DNA of 64,000 bases from a virus (Duplodnaviria > Caudoviricetes): the IMG/VR virus record IMGVR_UViG_3300025470_000019, positions 15,102-79,101 of that record. One strand, written 5' to 3'. The notes below the pieces were generated by a model, which was not told where the DNA came from, searched no databases, and saw only the letters and a program-made list of their open reading frames with translations. A program made the translations under genes and the position numbers. Positions 16,091 through 25,244 of the stretch are shown piece after piece (position 1 is the stretch's first letter; each line of letters opens with the position of its first letter).

Positions 16091-17974
16091 TTAATATGCG
16101 AAATAGAATGTATCGAGCGAGTTGCGAACACCAGCAGTTGACGACGCTGGGCTAATTGACCCACCTCCGCCACCACCGCCATTGTTCACGACAGTGCTAC
16201 TCATAATATTCCCTTGTTGCTTTTGATCCTTCTCAGCTTCCTTCATTTCTTTCTTTTCGGAAGCTGCTTTGGTCTGAGCAACGAGATCGTTTGACTGTTT
16301 TGATACAGGTGGCTTTGCTTGCTGTGCAGGTTGCTTTGGCTGTTCAGTAACTTTCTTTTCAGGAGTGGCTTGCTTATCATCTCCGCCACCGAATAGCTTA
16401 TATGCTCCGTAGCCAATGCCGCCGACAACTGCCGCAGCGCCAAGACCAGCAAGGATTTCAGGAGCAGCAGCCAAGGCAGAAGCTCCCATACCTATTCCCT
16501 CTGCGGCTCCAGCTAGCCCTGCAACTCCCTCTGCAGCCCCAGCCAGACCTGCGGCACCTTCAGCTAGCCCTGCAGCTCCCTCTGCAGCCCCAGCCAGACC
16601 TGCGGCACCTTCAGCTGCGCCAGCTGCACCCTCGGCAGCGCCAACTGCTTCACCAGCCGCACCTTCAGCTGCAGCTGGGTTTGGAGTTTCGATAGGCTTA
16701 CCCTTCTTTGAGAATTTTTCTTTCAGCTTATCGAAGAGTTTGGATTTACCCTTTGACTTGTTTTCTTCTGGCTGAGCCTCAGCATCCTCAGGAGTTTCTT
16801 CTGGCTCTTCAGCTTCTTTCTTCTTGCCGAATGGGTTTGGAAGATATTTGAGCATACGCAGCATTGGCATATCTTCAGCCATTCTACTACCAATTGCTGA
16901 ACCGAGATCTTGACCGAGATCGCTTTCAGAAAATCTCTTTAGCAGACCCTTCTTCTTTGGAGCTGCTTCTTCTTGCTTTTCTTCTTCCTGTTCTCTCAGC
17001 TCTTCCTCAATTTCCTTTTTGGATAGAACCTTGCCGTCTTTGCGGTAGGAGAAATCTTTTTCTGAAGCAGGAGCGATGCCCTTCTTCTTCAGCTTCTCAA
17101 TTTCTTCAGGAGTTAGCTCGCTGAGTTTCTTATCAGCAGTGAAGCCTTGTTTTTCCTTTTCTTTTTTGGCATCTTCTTTCTTCTGCTCTTCTTCTACTTT
17201 TTCAGCATCTTTTTTCTTAGCCTCATCATCTTCAGCTTTATCTTCTTGTTTTTTCTTTTCGGTCTCGTCTTTTTCTTTCGCTGGCTTTTCTGCCTTGGTT
17301 CCCAGCAAGAAGTTTAGAATTGACTTCAGCGTTTCATCAATTGAAGTAAACAGACCCATTGAGCTTGACGATTCTTTGCCAACACCAGTCGCGTCATCTT
17401 TTTCAGTTTTTGGTTCTGACCATCTCTTAAGATAAGAAGGCGATTGTTTGTCAATTTGATTCTTGAATGCGTCAGAAAACGAAGAGAAGAAAGTTGGCTG
17501 CTCACCATTCTTCTTTTTCTTTCCGTTGGAAGTTATCTCGGAAATTGGTCTTGCTGGCTCAGGAACAGCTTGTTTTGCAGGCTTGGAAGGCTCTGGCTTT
17601 TCCTTTGCATTCTTAACTTTTTCTTCTTCAGCAGTTTCTGGAGAAGGAAGGGCAGATTCCCTTTCGTTTTCTCCTTCAGTGTTACGAATTTCTTCATCTT
17701 CTCGCTGCTCGTCTTCATCAGTGTCTCTTTGAGCTTGTGTTGGCTCTTGATTCTTTTCAGTTTGGTCTCTGCCTTCAGAGGTAGTTGTCTTAGTGCCAAC
17801 GAATGCAGTTTTTTCTGCGCCTTGATCTTGGTCGGCCATTTTCTCGAAAATACCATCGAGCATGATGGAAGTGACATTGCTGGCTTCCTTTTTGCCAGAC
17901 ATCCACTTTTGTTTCTTTTCGTCGTAGGTGTATGTTTCACCACCGATATTGACTGGCTCTCTTTTGATACCCAC
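16091..17974 (-). CDS. Tape-measure / hub candidate, low complexity
   Basis: Directly downstream of gp26-gp51; E/K-rich helices and AAEGAAGLAG repeats. Confidence 0.5.
   Translation of the reverse strand: MGIKREPVNIGGETYTYDEKKQKWMSGKKEASNVTSIMLDGIFEKMADQDQGAEKTAFVGTKTTTSEGRDQTEKNQEPTQAQRDTDEDEQREDEEIRNTEGENERESALPSPETAEEEKVKNAKEKPEPSKPAKQAVPEPARPISEITSNGKKKKNGEQPTFFSSFSDAFKNQIDKQSPSYLKRWSEPKTEKDDATGVGKESSSSMGLFTSIDETLKSILNFLLGTKAEKPAKEKDETEKKKQEDKAEDDEAKKKDAEKVEEEQKKEDAKKEKEKQGFTADKKLSELTPEEIEKLKKKGIAPASEKDFSYRKDGKVLSKKEIEEELREQEEEKQEEAAPKKKGLLKRFSESDLGQDLGSAIGSRMAEDMPMLRMLKYLPNPFGKKKEAEEPEETPEDAEAQPEENKSKGKSKLFDKLKEKFSKKGKPIETPNPAAAEGAAGEAVGAAEGAAGAAEGAAGLAGAAEGAAGLAEGAAGLAGAAEGVAGLAGAAEGIGMGASALAAAPEILAGLGAAAVVGGIGYGAYKLFGGGDDKQATPEKKVTEQPKQPAQQAKPPVSKQSNDLVAQTKAASEKKEMKEAEKDQKQQGNIMSSTVVNNGGGGGGGSISPASSTAGVRNSLDTFYFAY
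16510..16611. repeat. 51-bp tandem duplication
   Basis: cagctagccctgcarctccctctgcagccccagccagacctgcggcacctt occurs twice. Confidence 0.85.
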
Positions 17975-17983
17975 TGCTTTTCC

Positions 17984-18147
17984 TTAGTTCTTGGCTAATT
18001 CATCCTGTATCATTTTCTGTAATAGTCCAACGTAGATGTCTCTTTCAAACGGGAACATCGACTCTATTTCATTAATTGAATATTTATGGTGCTGAGCCAA
18101 ATTGAATATCAGATAATAGTAATTCAAAAGGCTAGTATGACTCAGCC
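17984..18147 (-). CDS. gp51: Baseplate hub assembly protein gp51-like frame lacking ATG and RBS
   Basis: LSHTSLLNYYLIFNLAQHHKYSINEIESMFPFERDIYVGLL in the -1 frame relative to the end of gp26. Confidence 0.75.
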
Positions 18148-18858
18148 CTATTGAAAAAAATCGCGATAACCCTCCAGCTTGATAAGTCTATTGTTGCCCT
18201 TCTCGTTTACGTACTTAATGTCGTATGTGAGTTTTGGCATCTTGTCAAGGAAATCGTTAACGATTTCTTCATATTGCTTCGAATTCAGATTATTTATGAA
18301 TTCAACCTTTTCCTCCTGAGAGAAGTCAGCTCCAATATAAGTTTCTTCACCATCAACAATAACGTCAATACAAGCCGCAACCATCTCGATAGCTGAGTCA
18401 ACATTTGTTACATTGAGCTTGTTGATAGTTAATAGAGTTTCAAGAGTAGGAAAGTTTAGAGAAATAGCAATCTTATCGCTGATCTGGAATGACTTCTTTT
18501 GTTCAGGATTAAAAGCAGGAACGATGGTGTCCAAATCGACATCAAAATCGCGAACAATGCCATCCTCTTTGTCTCTATAACGCAGATTCGAAACGTTATT
18601 GACCGATCGTGCTCTCAGCTGAAGGAAGAAATACTCAACATCAAACAACGGAAGGGTGCTTACGTTAATATCCGAAATGCAGCAATTCTGAAGAACCTGA
18701 CCGAGTGCGTTAATAACTTCTCGTTCTTCTCCACTTTCTTCAGCGATAAGGAAGATCTTTTCTTCTCTCACTGTAAACTGTCTGAACCTGACAGGATTCG
18801 CCACGGAAAGCAGTTTAATTTCAAATGTTGGCATATCCAACACTGGTAACTTAGCCAT
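18148..18858 (-). CDS. gp26: Baseplate hub assembly chaperone gp26
   Basis: LP.L..PTFE..L......FR.FTV.EEKI, FDVEY.FL.LRARSV, ending LEG..DFF. Confidence 0.85.
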   Translation of the reverse strand: MAKLPVLDMPTFEIKLLSVANPVRFRQFTVREEKIFLIAEESGEEREVINALGQVLQNCCISDINVSTLPLFDVEYFFLQLRARSVNNVSNLRYRDKEDGIVRDFDVDLDTIVPAFNPEQKKSFQISDKIAISLNFPTLETLLTINKLNVTNVDSAIEMVAACIDVIVDGEETYIGADFSQEEKVEFINNLNSKQYEEIVNDFLDKMPKLTYDIKYVNEKGNNRLIKLEGYRDFFQ

Positions 18859-18875
18859 AGTTTAATTCCCTCGCT

Positions 18876-19547
18876 TTAAGTAATTTTTGGTGGCACTCCA
18901 GGAACATATGGTGGAATATTTCCTGGGTTATTCACTGGGGTTGTTTCGTTTTGTAATTGTCCAGTAATTGGAGCTGGTGTCTGTCTAGGAGTTGCGTCCT
19001 GAACACCAGAGACAGCTCCAACAGTTTCTGTATAGTAGAAGTATGCAAACGTGACAGGAATAGAGATCATGCTGTTTCTAGCTGCCCAGCTGAAAGGTAC
19101 TGAGCCGATCGTTTCAGGAAACGCCAAAGAAAAATGCCAGTTCGCGATCTTTCTGCCATACGTATCGTACTGAATCAAATCCATATCTGATGAGTAGTTG
19201 GTTCTATATTGGACTTGCTGAAGATTTTTACCGTGTGTGTCAAACAGAAGATCAGCCCAAGAATTGAGTAGCTTCAGATTGTCTGCTCTCGCATCGCAGT
19301 AAACAGAAACGTTCAGTCTCTCGAATCTAGCGCCAACAACATATGGCTGTCTGAAGCCTTGACCTAGACGAGCAATCTCGACAGTCTCTGCGCTTCTTGA
19401 AGGTAGAGTGGCAGAGTGGCAAAGCAGCGATAGCTTTTTGCCGTCTCCTTTGAGGATGCTAGGAAGCGTGATCAGTAATTCAAAGTGAGCTTCTCTTGCG
19501 AATCCCTCAACATTATTCTGAATAAATTCGTTGATATTAAAAGCCAC
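18876..19547 (-). CDS. Tail-tube-family protein (gp54-like initiator); probable GTG start at 19547
   Basis: LCHSATLP, PY, L.VSVYCD, W, FSLAFP..IG, IPVTF.Y.YY pattern. Confidence 0.65.
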   Translation of the reverse strand: MAFNINEFIQNNVEGFAREAHFELLITLPSILKGDGKKLSLLCHSATLPSRSAETVEIARLGQGFRQPYVVGARFERLNVSVYCDARADNLKLLNSWADLLFDTHGKNLQQVQYRTNYSSDMDLIQYDTYGRKIANWHFSLAFPETIGSVPFSWAARNSMISIPVTFAYFYYTETVGAVSGVQDATPRQTPAPITGQLQNETTPVNNPGNIPPYVPGVPPKIT

Positions 19548-20139
19548 TTCTTGAATCCTTCCAAACGGTGCTCGTTGATGCTTTCTGGAATTTCTGCGTT
19601 GGTAGAAACAAAGCAGTGTCCCAATCTTTCGGTTCCACATAAATGAACCTAGACTTAACTTGATTGGTCAAATAATGTTTAAAGCATGGCTTAAACAGAG
19701 CCAAATTCGAAGCACCTTTCAAAGTCTGGTAGCTGATATTTAGTTTGGTTGAGTCATCATATTTTTGATTATTCGTTACAGTGTATAACGCATCCATAAG
19801 ACGAGCTCTTAATACTGGCTGGAGGTAATGTAGGTTCAGACCATAGAACCCATTATCCGCTGGACCAACCATAAAGATTAGAGGGAAAGCGTCCCAGTAT
19901 GGTAGTTTCTCTTTGTGTTTGGCATCATAGACATACATATACATACGTCCAGGAAGAACCTTGTCCGAGAGAGTCGCACCCTCAAAGAACTTATTCTGTT
20001 GGAGTCTTGGTCCTCTGTAATCAGCAGCTTTTCTACGGAACCAATCTCGAGCATCTTTCGTTTTGTTTGGCACAATGTTCTGCGCAGCCGCACGTTTGAG
20101 CACGCTGCTATAGACATATTGTTCGGTTGTTTGTGCCAC
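19537..20139 (-). CDS. gp2: DNA end protector gp2
   Basis: PGRMYMYVYDAKHKEKLPYWD.FPL, GLNLHYL, FKPCFKHYL. Confidence 0.9.
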   Translation of the reverse strand: MAQTTEQYVYSSVLKRAAAQNIVPNKTKDARDWFRRKAADYRGPRLQQNKFFEGATLSDKVLPGRMYMYVYDAKHKEKLPYWDAFPLIFMVGPADNGFYGLNLHYLQPVLRARLMDALYTVTNNQKYDDSTKLNISYQTLKGASNLALFKPCFKHYLTNQVKSRFIYVEPKDWDTALFLPTQKFQKASTSTVWKDSRSGF

Positions 20140-20152
20140 AAATATTCCTTTT

Positions 20153-20216
20153 TATAAATAGATGGTAGTCGCGGATGGCGGTCCCACTACCACTAATACT
20201 AACTGGAGTATCAGCT
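20153..20216 (+). promoter_or_regulatory. Late promoter plus conserved structured endonuclease leader, copy D
   Basis: TATAAATA-gat-GGTAGT-CGC-GGAT-ggcg-GTCC-C-ACTACC-ACTAA-TACT-aactgg-AGTA-tCAGC-t-ATG. Confidence 0.85.
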
Positions 20217-20765
20217 ATGATATATTTATATATTAAACAACACCAAAAAACTGGTCTGAAATATTTCGGAAAAACCGTAAAAGCCAATCCATTCAAATAT
20301 AATGGTTCAGGCAGTTATTGGTATAAACATCTAAAAGAACATGGAAAACACATTAGAACCATAGAAATATGGGGGTTCGATGACCAACAGTTGTGCACAC
20401 AATTTGCTTTAAAATTTTCTAAAGACAATAATATAGTAGAATCTAAAGAATGGGCGAATTTAGTCCCTGAAGATGGTATAAGTGGAGGCAGCATCGGTAG
20501 CCGTAAAGGAAGAAAATTATCAGAACAAACAAAAGCAAAAATGTCTAAAACTAGAAAAGGATACAAATATGGTCCTGAGTTTGCAGAAAGATTTAGACAA
20601 AGATTATTAGGTGTTCCTAAAACTGAAGAACAAAAACGCAAAATGCGCTTGGCAAAATTAGGCAAACCTCAATCCGAAGAACACAAAATGAAACGATCGG
20701 AAGCTATGAAACGAGCACACGCTATTAAAAAGTTATCCCTAAATCTTTCTCAGTTACGATCTTAA
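20217..20765 (+). mobile_element. Free-standing GIY-YIG-variant endonuclease with NUMOD3 repeats
   Basis: IYLYIKQH..TGLKYFGKT, YNGSG.YW..HL, WANL.PE.G; true ATG at 20217 after GGAG. Confidence 0.85.
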
Positions 20766-21159
20766 ACTGCCAGCCTCTGTCGTCACAGAATCTTTTAGCG
20801 GCATCCCATTTTGCTTGATTTATAAGATATGTGCTAACCTCGGTCAAATACCTTCTGGTTTGTCTCGCTTTCTTTGCTGGTGGTCTTGTCTGAGCGTCAG
20901 GCTTAATTTCAAAAACGAATCTATCACCATTAACGTTCTCAGCATAAATATCAGGAAAGTATCTATGCAGTTTGTTATCAATAGGACTTAGGTATGGAAT
21001 AGAGAATTCTTCTGATGCCCAGCGAGTTATATTCGGGTCGGCATCAAGACGAACGAATAGCCTCTGTTCCCAACTACTCCTATAAATAATGTTGTTAGGA
21101 TTCCCAATATACTTCTCAGGATTCTTTGGGATAAATCGTCCTTTGTATGTTTTGAACAT
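20725..21159 (-). CDS. gp4: Head completion nuclease gp4
   Basis: YKGRFIPKNPEKY.G....I.YRSSWE, WASEE..IPY.SP.D...HRYFPD, EIKP. Confidence 0.9.
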   Translation of the reverse strand: MFKTYKGRFIPKNPEKYIGNPNNIIYRSSWEQRLFVRLDADPNITRWASEEFSIPYLSPIDNKLHRYFPDIYAENVNGDRFVFEIKPDAQTRPPAKKARQTRRYLTEVSTYLINQAKWDAAKRFCDDRGWQFKIVTEKDLGITF

Positions 21160-21171
21160 GTATAGAAAACT

Positions 21172-21202
21172 CTAAATAATATAATAGATCCTTCTTATTT
21201 AG
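21172..21202. promoter_or_regulatory. Divergent late promoters (gp48 on plus, gp4 on minus)
   Basis: CTAAATA at 21172-21178 and TATTTAG near 21196-21202. Confidence 0.6.
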
Positions 21203-21213
21203 GTATAGAACGA

Positions 21214-22059
21214 ATGGGCCAAACACCGCAACAAAAGACTGGAGCTGCTAAGAAAGCTGCATCAGGAACAACACCATTAACTTACCCACCAGCCCTCGGT
21301 GAAGCTCCTATTAAGTTTGGGATTACTCTGAGAGATTACGGTAGTTTTAAGATTGGTCCAGGAGCAGTTACCGCATCAATTTACCTCCCAATGCCAACAG
21401 CTGGTCTAGTTGATAACTTCCCTGTTGAGTTTGATACAAAATCCATGGGAGCTTTGGGCGGCATCGTCAGCAGCGGTATTGACGCTGTCCAATCAGGCGG
21501 ACAGAGCGTTGGTGATGGTCTATGGGCTGGACTGAAAGCGATCGGCAGAAACGTCGGTCAATCTGTTGTTGCTGGTCTTGGCGACGTTGCGGGTGTTGGT
21601 GGAGATGTTGCGAAAGCTCAAGGCGAGCTTGCAACAGGTCTTGTCAATAACCCAAACTACGCCGTTCTATTCAAGGGTGTGAAGCCAAGAACGTTTAGCT
21701 TCACTTGGAGACTTGTGGCTGTTAGCCCTCAAGAATCAGGAACGATTACCAATATCATAACTGCATTAAAGAAAGCAGCACTCCCAGCCACTTCCGGAAC
21801 TGCTGACCATTTTACTCTCACTTATCCTAACATTGCTTACCTAAGCGTCCTTGGTCCTGAGAAGAATGCCATGCTGACGTTTAGTAAGAAAGGCGCATTT
21901 ATTGAAGACGTCAATGTAAAATATGATGGTCCTGGTCACGCTGCATTCTTCGTTGGAACGAAAGCGCCAGTTCAAATTGATCTTACAATTTCTGTTCGCG
22001 AGAGAGGCATCGTCACTCGTGAGGATATTGGCGTTTCACATTATGGAAATCCGGAGTAA
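21214..22059 (+). CDS. gp48: Baseplate tail-tube cap gp48-like
   Basis: LTYP, IYLPMP..LVD, NPN..VLF.GV.PR.FSF.W, F.L.YP. Confidence 0.75.
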   Translation: MGQTPQQKTGAAKKAASGTTPLTYPPALGEAPIKFGITLRDYGSFKIGPGAVTASIYLPMPTAGLVDNFPVEFDTKSMGALGGIVSSGIDAVQSGGQSVGDGLWAGLKAIGRNVGQSVVAGLGDVAGVGGDVAKAQGELATGLVNNPNYAVLFKGVKPRTFSFTWRLVAVSPQESGTITNIITALKKAALPATSGTADHFTLTYPNIAYLSVLGPEKNAMLTFSKKGAFIEDVNVKYDGPGHAAFFVGTKAPVQIDLTISVRERGIVTREDIGVSHYGNPE

Positions 22060-22062
22060 CCA

Positions 22063-22659
22063 ATGTCTAGTTATTTTGTCAATTTCCCAAGAATCAAATA
22101 TTTCAACACGGTCGCTAAGAATATCACTCTTCGCGCTGGCTTCGTCAAGAAGCTAAAGGAAGATTCTTCTGCGTTCTATCCATACCAAATCGGAGAAGGC
22201 GAGAGAGCTGACACCGTCGCGGCGATGTATTATGACAATCCTGATTTTGATTGGTTGGTGTATCTAGCTAACGACATCGTCGACCCATACACTCAATGGC
22301 CAAAGAGTCAGCAAGAGTTTAACGACTATATTGTAAAGAAGTATGGATCACAACAGGCTGCACGTTCTCAGGTAGCTTTCTATAGAAAGAACCCAGACAT
22401 TGCATATGTTAAGAATGACGGAACTGATTATTCGACTTCAGCCACTTCTGACGGAACTTATACTATTTCGGTAACAAATGAAGACATTCGGATTACTGCA
22501 GACACTTATGCTTTGATTAGCGATAAATCAAACTACTATCCTGTATATGCATATGATTATGAAATTGAGCTAAATGAAGAAAAGAGAAACATTGTTCTGA
22601 TCGACGAAGATTATGCGAATAGAACATGGATGCAATTGAGAGATCTATTAAATGGCTGA
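22063..22659 (+). CDS. gp53: Baseplate wedge protein gp53
   Basis: YF..FP.I.Y, GERADTVA..YY....DWLV.L.N.I.DPY..WP, YDYE..LNE.KR.I. Confidence 0.85.
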   Translation: MSSYFVNFPRIKYFNTVAKNITLRAGFVKKLKEDSSAFYPYQIGEGERADTVAAMYYDNPDFDWLVYLANDIVDPYTQWPKSQQEFNDYIVKKYGSQQAARSQVAFYRKNPDIAYVKNDGTDYSTSATSDGTYTISVTNEDIRITADTYALISDKSNYYPVYAYDYEIELNEEKRNIVLIDEDYANRTWMQLRDLLNG

Positions 22660-24211
22660 GAATGCATCTGGAAGTGCTGTAGATACTCTTGGGTTCATGA
22701 AGCGTTTTGTTGTAACGCTCGTTAGCCCAGACAATAAACAAAGAAAAGTTATTACTCGAATGGTCGATACACTGACGATCACCGAGGACATCTTCAAAAA
22801 TAGTTTGTATGGCGCTGTTAGAATTATTGACGCTGTCGACCTCCTTGGCGGCGGACCATTTGACGCAAAGTCAAAGGACGCTGCAGTTTTTCCTATCATC
22901 GGAGAAGAGTTTTTAGAAATTGAAATTCTATTGGACGGAAAGCCACCAGTCAAACTTCGTTTCGCCATCTATCGCATTTCCGATATTATCTACAAAGATA
23001 ACAACACCAAGAAAGAATATACTCTTGAGTTCTGCAGCGAAGAGCATCTGATTGATGCCACGACTGCGATCATGAAGTCATACAATCAGCCAAATAGTGA
23101 CACTGCTAAGGCGATTCTTAAAGACTACCTCAAGAATGAATCGACAGATAACGGCAAATTCAAAAAGAATATCGTTAACCTGCAGCCAACCAAAGGACCA
23201 CAGAAAGTGGTTATCCCTAGACTGAGCCCATTCCAGGCAATGGAGTTTCTGGCTCGTCGTTCTATCGCTCAGGATACGTTTGAGTCAGGTTCTTATCTGT
23301 TCTTCGAGAACTTCGATGGGTTCAGTTTCTGTGATGTCGAATACCTTATCAAGAAGGGTGTCGACAAAGCCAAAGCAAACAAGAAAGATTATGAATATTT
23401 CTACGAATCAACTCTGACTGCCAATCAGAAGAAAGAAGATCCGCAGAGACAATTCAAAACTATCACCACGATGCAACATACAGTATCTTTCGATACAATC
23501 CAAAAACTCAAATTTGGTATGTATGAGTCTGACGTTATTCTGTATGACTTCATCAATCACAAAACAATTCCGACAAGATTTAGATTCGCAAATAATGACA
23601 CGAGAGACAATAACAAAACATTGACCCTCGGCAATAAAGAAGATAAGTCATATCCCGAAAACAGTCTTACCTTTTTGAAGAGCTATATCTCCAATGATGA
23701 TAAGGATGTGAAATATACTCGCAAATTCTTTATCGCAAAAGACACATCATCCACCACTCTTGATAACTACTTGGATAATGTTTATCCAGCCAGAGCTTCA
23801 TACTTCACAAGACTAGCTCAGAACATGTATACCATCAATACATTTGGTGATACAACTATCAGAGCTGGCGATGTAATCATGTTAAACATCCCAGAAAGTC
23901 AAGGCGAGAATAACGACGGCGGTATCGACAAATATCAATCAGGATATTATTTGATTGGAACAATTCGCCATATCTTCTCAGCCACTACATATATGACAAA
24001 GATGGACATTTACAAGAATGCTATTGGCGCTCAGTTGACGAATACTGAAGAAGCTAAGAATACCAAGGTTAAGCCAACCGACAATAAAGCGATTGCCGAG
24101 CAGGCTCCAGCTGATCAGTCTCCTGAAGCTGTAGAAGCGGCGGATCCCGAGGACCCTAACCAGAAAAATTCAAGCCCATCAGTTGTTGGATTCTTGAAAG
24201 GACTATTATGA
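22652..24211 (+). CDS. Baseplate hub / tail protein (gp27-like position)
   Basis: ITEDIF..SLYG.V.I.D, Y.FFENFDGF.F, G.YLIG.IRH.F; between gp53 and gp5. Confidence 0.6.
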   Translation: MAENASGSAVDTLGFMKRFVVTLVSPDNKQRKVITRMVDTLTITEDIFKNSLYGAVRIIDAVDLLGGGPFDAKSKDAAVFPIIGEEFLEIEILLDGKPPVKLRFAIYRISDIIYKDNNTKKEYTLEFCSEEHLIDATTAIMKSYNQPNSDTAKAILKDYLKNESTDNGKFKKNIVNLQPTKGPQKVVIPRLSPFQAMEFLARRSIAQDTFESGSYLFFENFDGFSFCDVEYLIKKGVDKAKANKKDYEYFYESTLTANQKKEDPQRQFKTITTMQHTVSFDTIQKLKFGMYESDVILYDFINHKTIPTRFRFANNDTRDNNKTLTLGNKEDKSYPENSLTFLKSYISNDDKDVKYTRKFFIAKDTSSTTLDNYLDNVYPARASYFTRLAQNMYTINTFGDTTIRAGDVIMLNIPESQGENNDGGIDKYQSGYYLIGTIRHIFSATTYMTKMDIYKNAIGAQLTNTEEAKNTKVKPTDNKAIAEQAPADQSPEAVEAADPEDPNQKNSSPSVVGFLKGLL

Positions 24212-25236
24212 TTGGAAGAACTGAACATCTTATAAACGATCCGCACTTTATCGGCGTAGATAAGTTCGTACTCTTTTTCGGTGTTGTTGAAGATAGAGAT
24301 GATCCTCTACAGCTAGGTAGAGTCCGTATTAGAATTTTCGGCGTCCATCCAGACGACAAGTCATTAGTTGCAACGGAAGATCTTCCATGGTCGTTCCCTA
24401 TTATGCCAATTACTGCGCCTCAATACGGTGGCGTAGGTTCTGGTCCAGTTGGAATTATGCCAGGTTCAACAGTCGTTGGATTCTTTGCTGATGGTTTAGA
24501 CAGACAGATTCCTATGCATTTTGGCACTATGTCTGGCGGCACTGGACACTTTGCTGCAGGAGCGAATGGCGACGCTGCTAATATGGATCCGGCGACTCCA
24601 TATAATCCTGACGGTATTTCTGGCTCTATTGATCCAAAATCCTCAATGGTTGTTAAGGGTGTTCAGCTCGGAAAGATTCTTCTAAGCAATTTCGCCTCTC
24701 AAGGTCTTAAGCCACATCATGCTGCTGCTATCTGCGGTAATCTAGGAGAAGAATCTGGCGGGTTCCCTGTGCCTGCTATTCATGAAAGAGGTAAAGGTGT
24801 TGGCGGTAGCCCAAGCACTCCACCGTCACGTAGCTCTGTTGGTGTTGGTTATGGTTGGGGACAATGGACAAACAACAATCGACTGACCAAGTTCCTCGAT
24901 TGGTGCGACAAATATCACCTTGAGCCATCCGATCAGCAAACTCAAATTAAGTACTTCACATATGAAATCACCACTGTCCCACCATACAGCAAACACTTTC
25001 AGACTTTGATGAAGGGCGGAACAGCAACCATTAATAATACTAGATTCACCAAGCCAAATGGTACTTACAATCTAGATGACGTTGATCAGGCGACTGCTTG
25101 GTGGATGTGGGTATATGAAGTGCCAGGAGCTCCTAATCTTGCAGCAAGACAGAAGATCGCTAGATCAATTCGCGATCAGTTAGTGGGCGGATCCGCTGGA
25201 TCTTCAGTAAGAACAAACGGCAAACCTGAGAAATAG
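24208..25236 (+). CDS. gp5: gp5 N-terminal OB-fold plus tail-lysozyme-like domain
   Basis: GVVEDRDDPLQLGRVRIRIFGVH..LPW, VVGFFADG; AAICGNL..ESG and GWGQWT motifs. Confidence 0.8.
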   Translation: MIGRTEHLINDPHFIGVDKFVLFFGVVEDRDDPLQLGRVRIRIFGVHPDDKSLVATEDLPWSFPIMPITAPQYGGVGSGPVGIMPGSTVVGFFADGLDRQIPMHFGTMSGGTGHFAAGANGDAANMDPATPYNPDGISGSIDPKSSMVVKGVQLGKILLSNFASQGLKPHHAAAICGNLGEESGGFPVPAIHERGKGVGGSPSTPPSRSSVGVGYGWGQWTNNNRLTKFLDWCDKYHLEPSDQQTQIKYFTYEITTVPPYSKHFQTLMKGGTATINNTRFTKPNGTYNLDDVDQATAWWMWVYEVPGAPNLAARQKIARSIRDQLVGGSAGSSVRTNGKPEK

Positions 25237-25244
25237 GATATAAC

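Noticed and set aside
16500-16680. Possible CRISPR-like array
   Set aside because: Repeats are contiguous, in-frame coding duplications without unique spacers; no CRISPR array seen in the window.
16243-17998. Several plus-strand low-complexity ORFs
   Set aside because: Antisense readings of the repetitive 16091-17974 gene.
19548-19640. N-terminal extension of the 18876-19640 ORF
   Set aside because: Overlaps gp2; GTG at 19547 fits better.
20175-20216. Upstream starts at 20175 and 29227 for two endonucleases
   Set aside because: These ATGs lie inside the conserved leader; the GGAG RBS and family alignment place the starts at 20217 and 29272.
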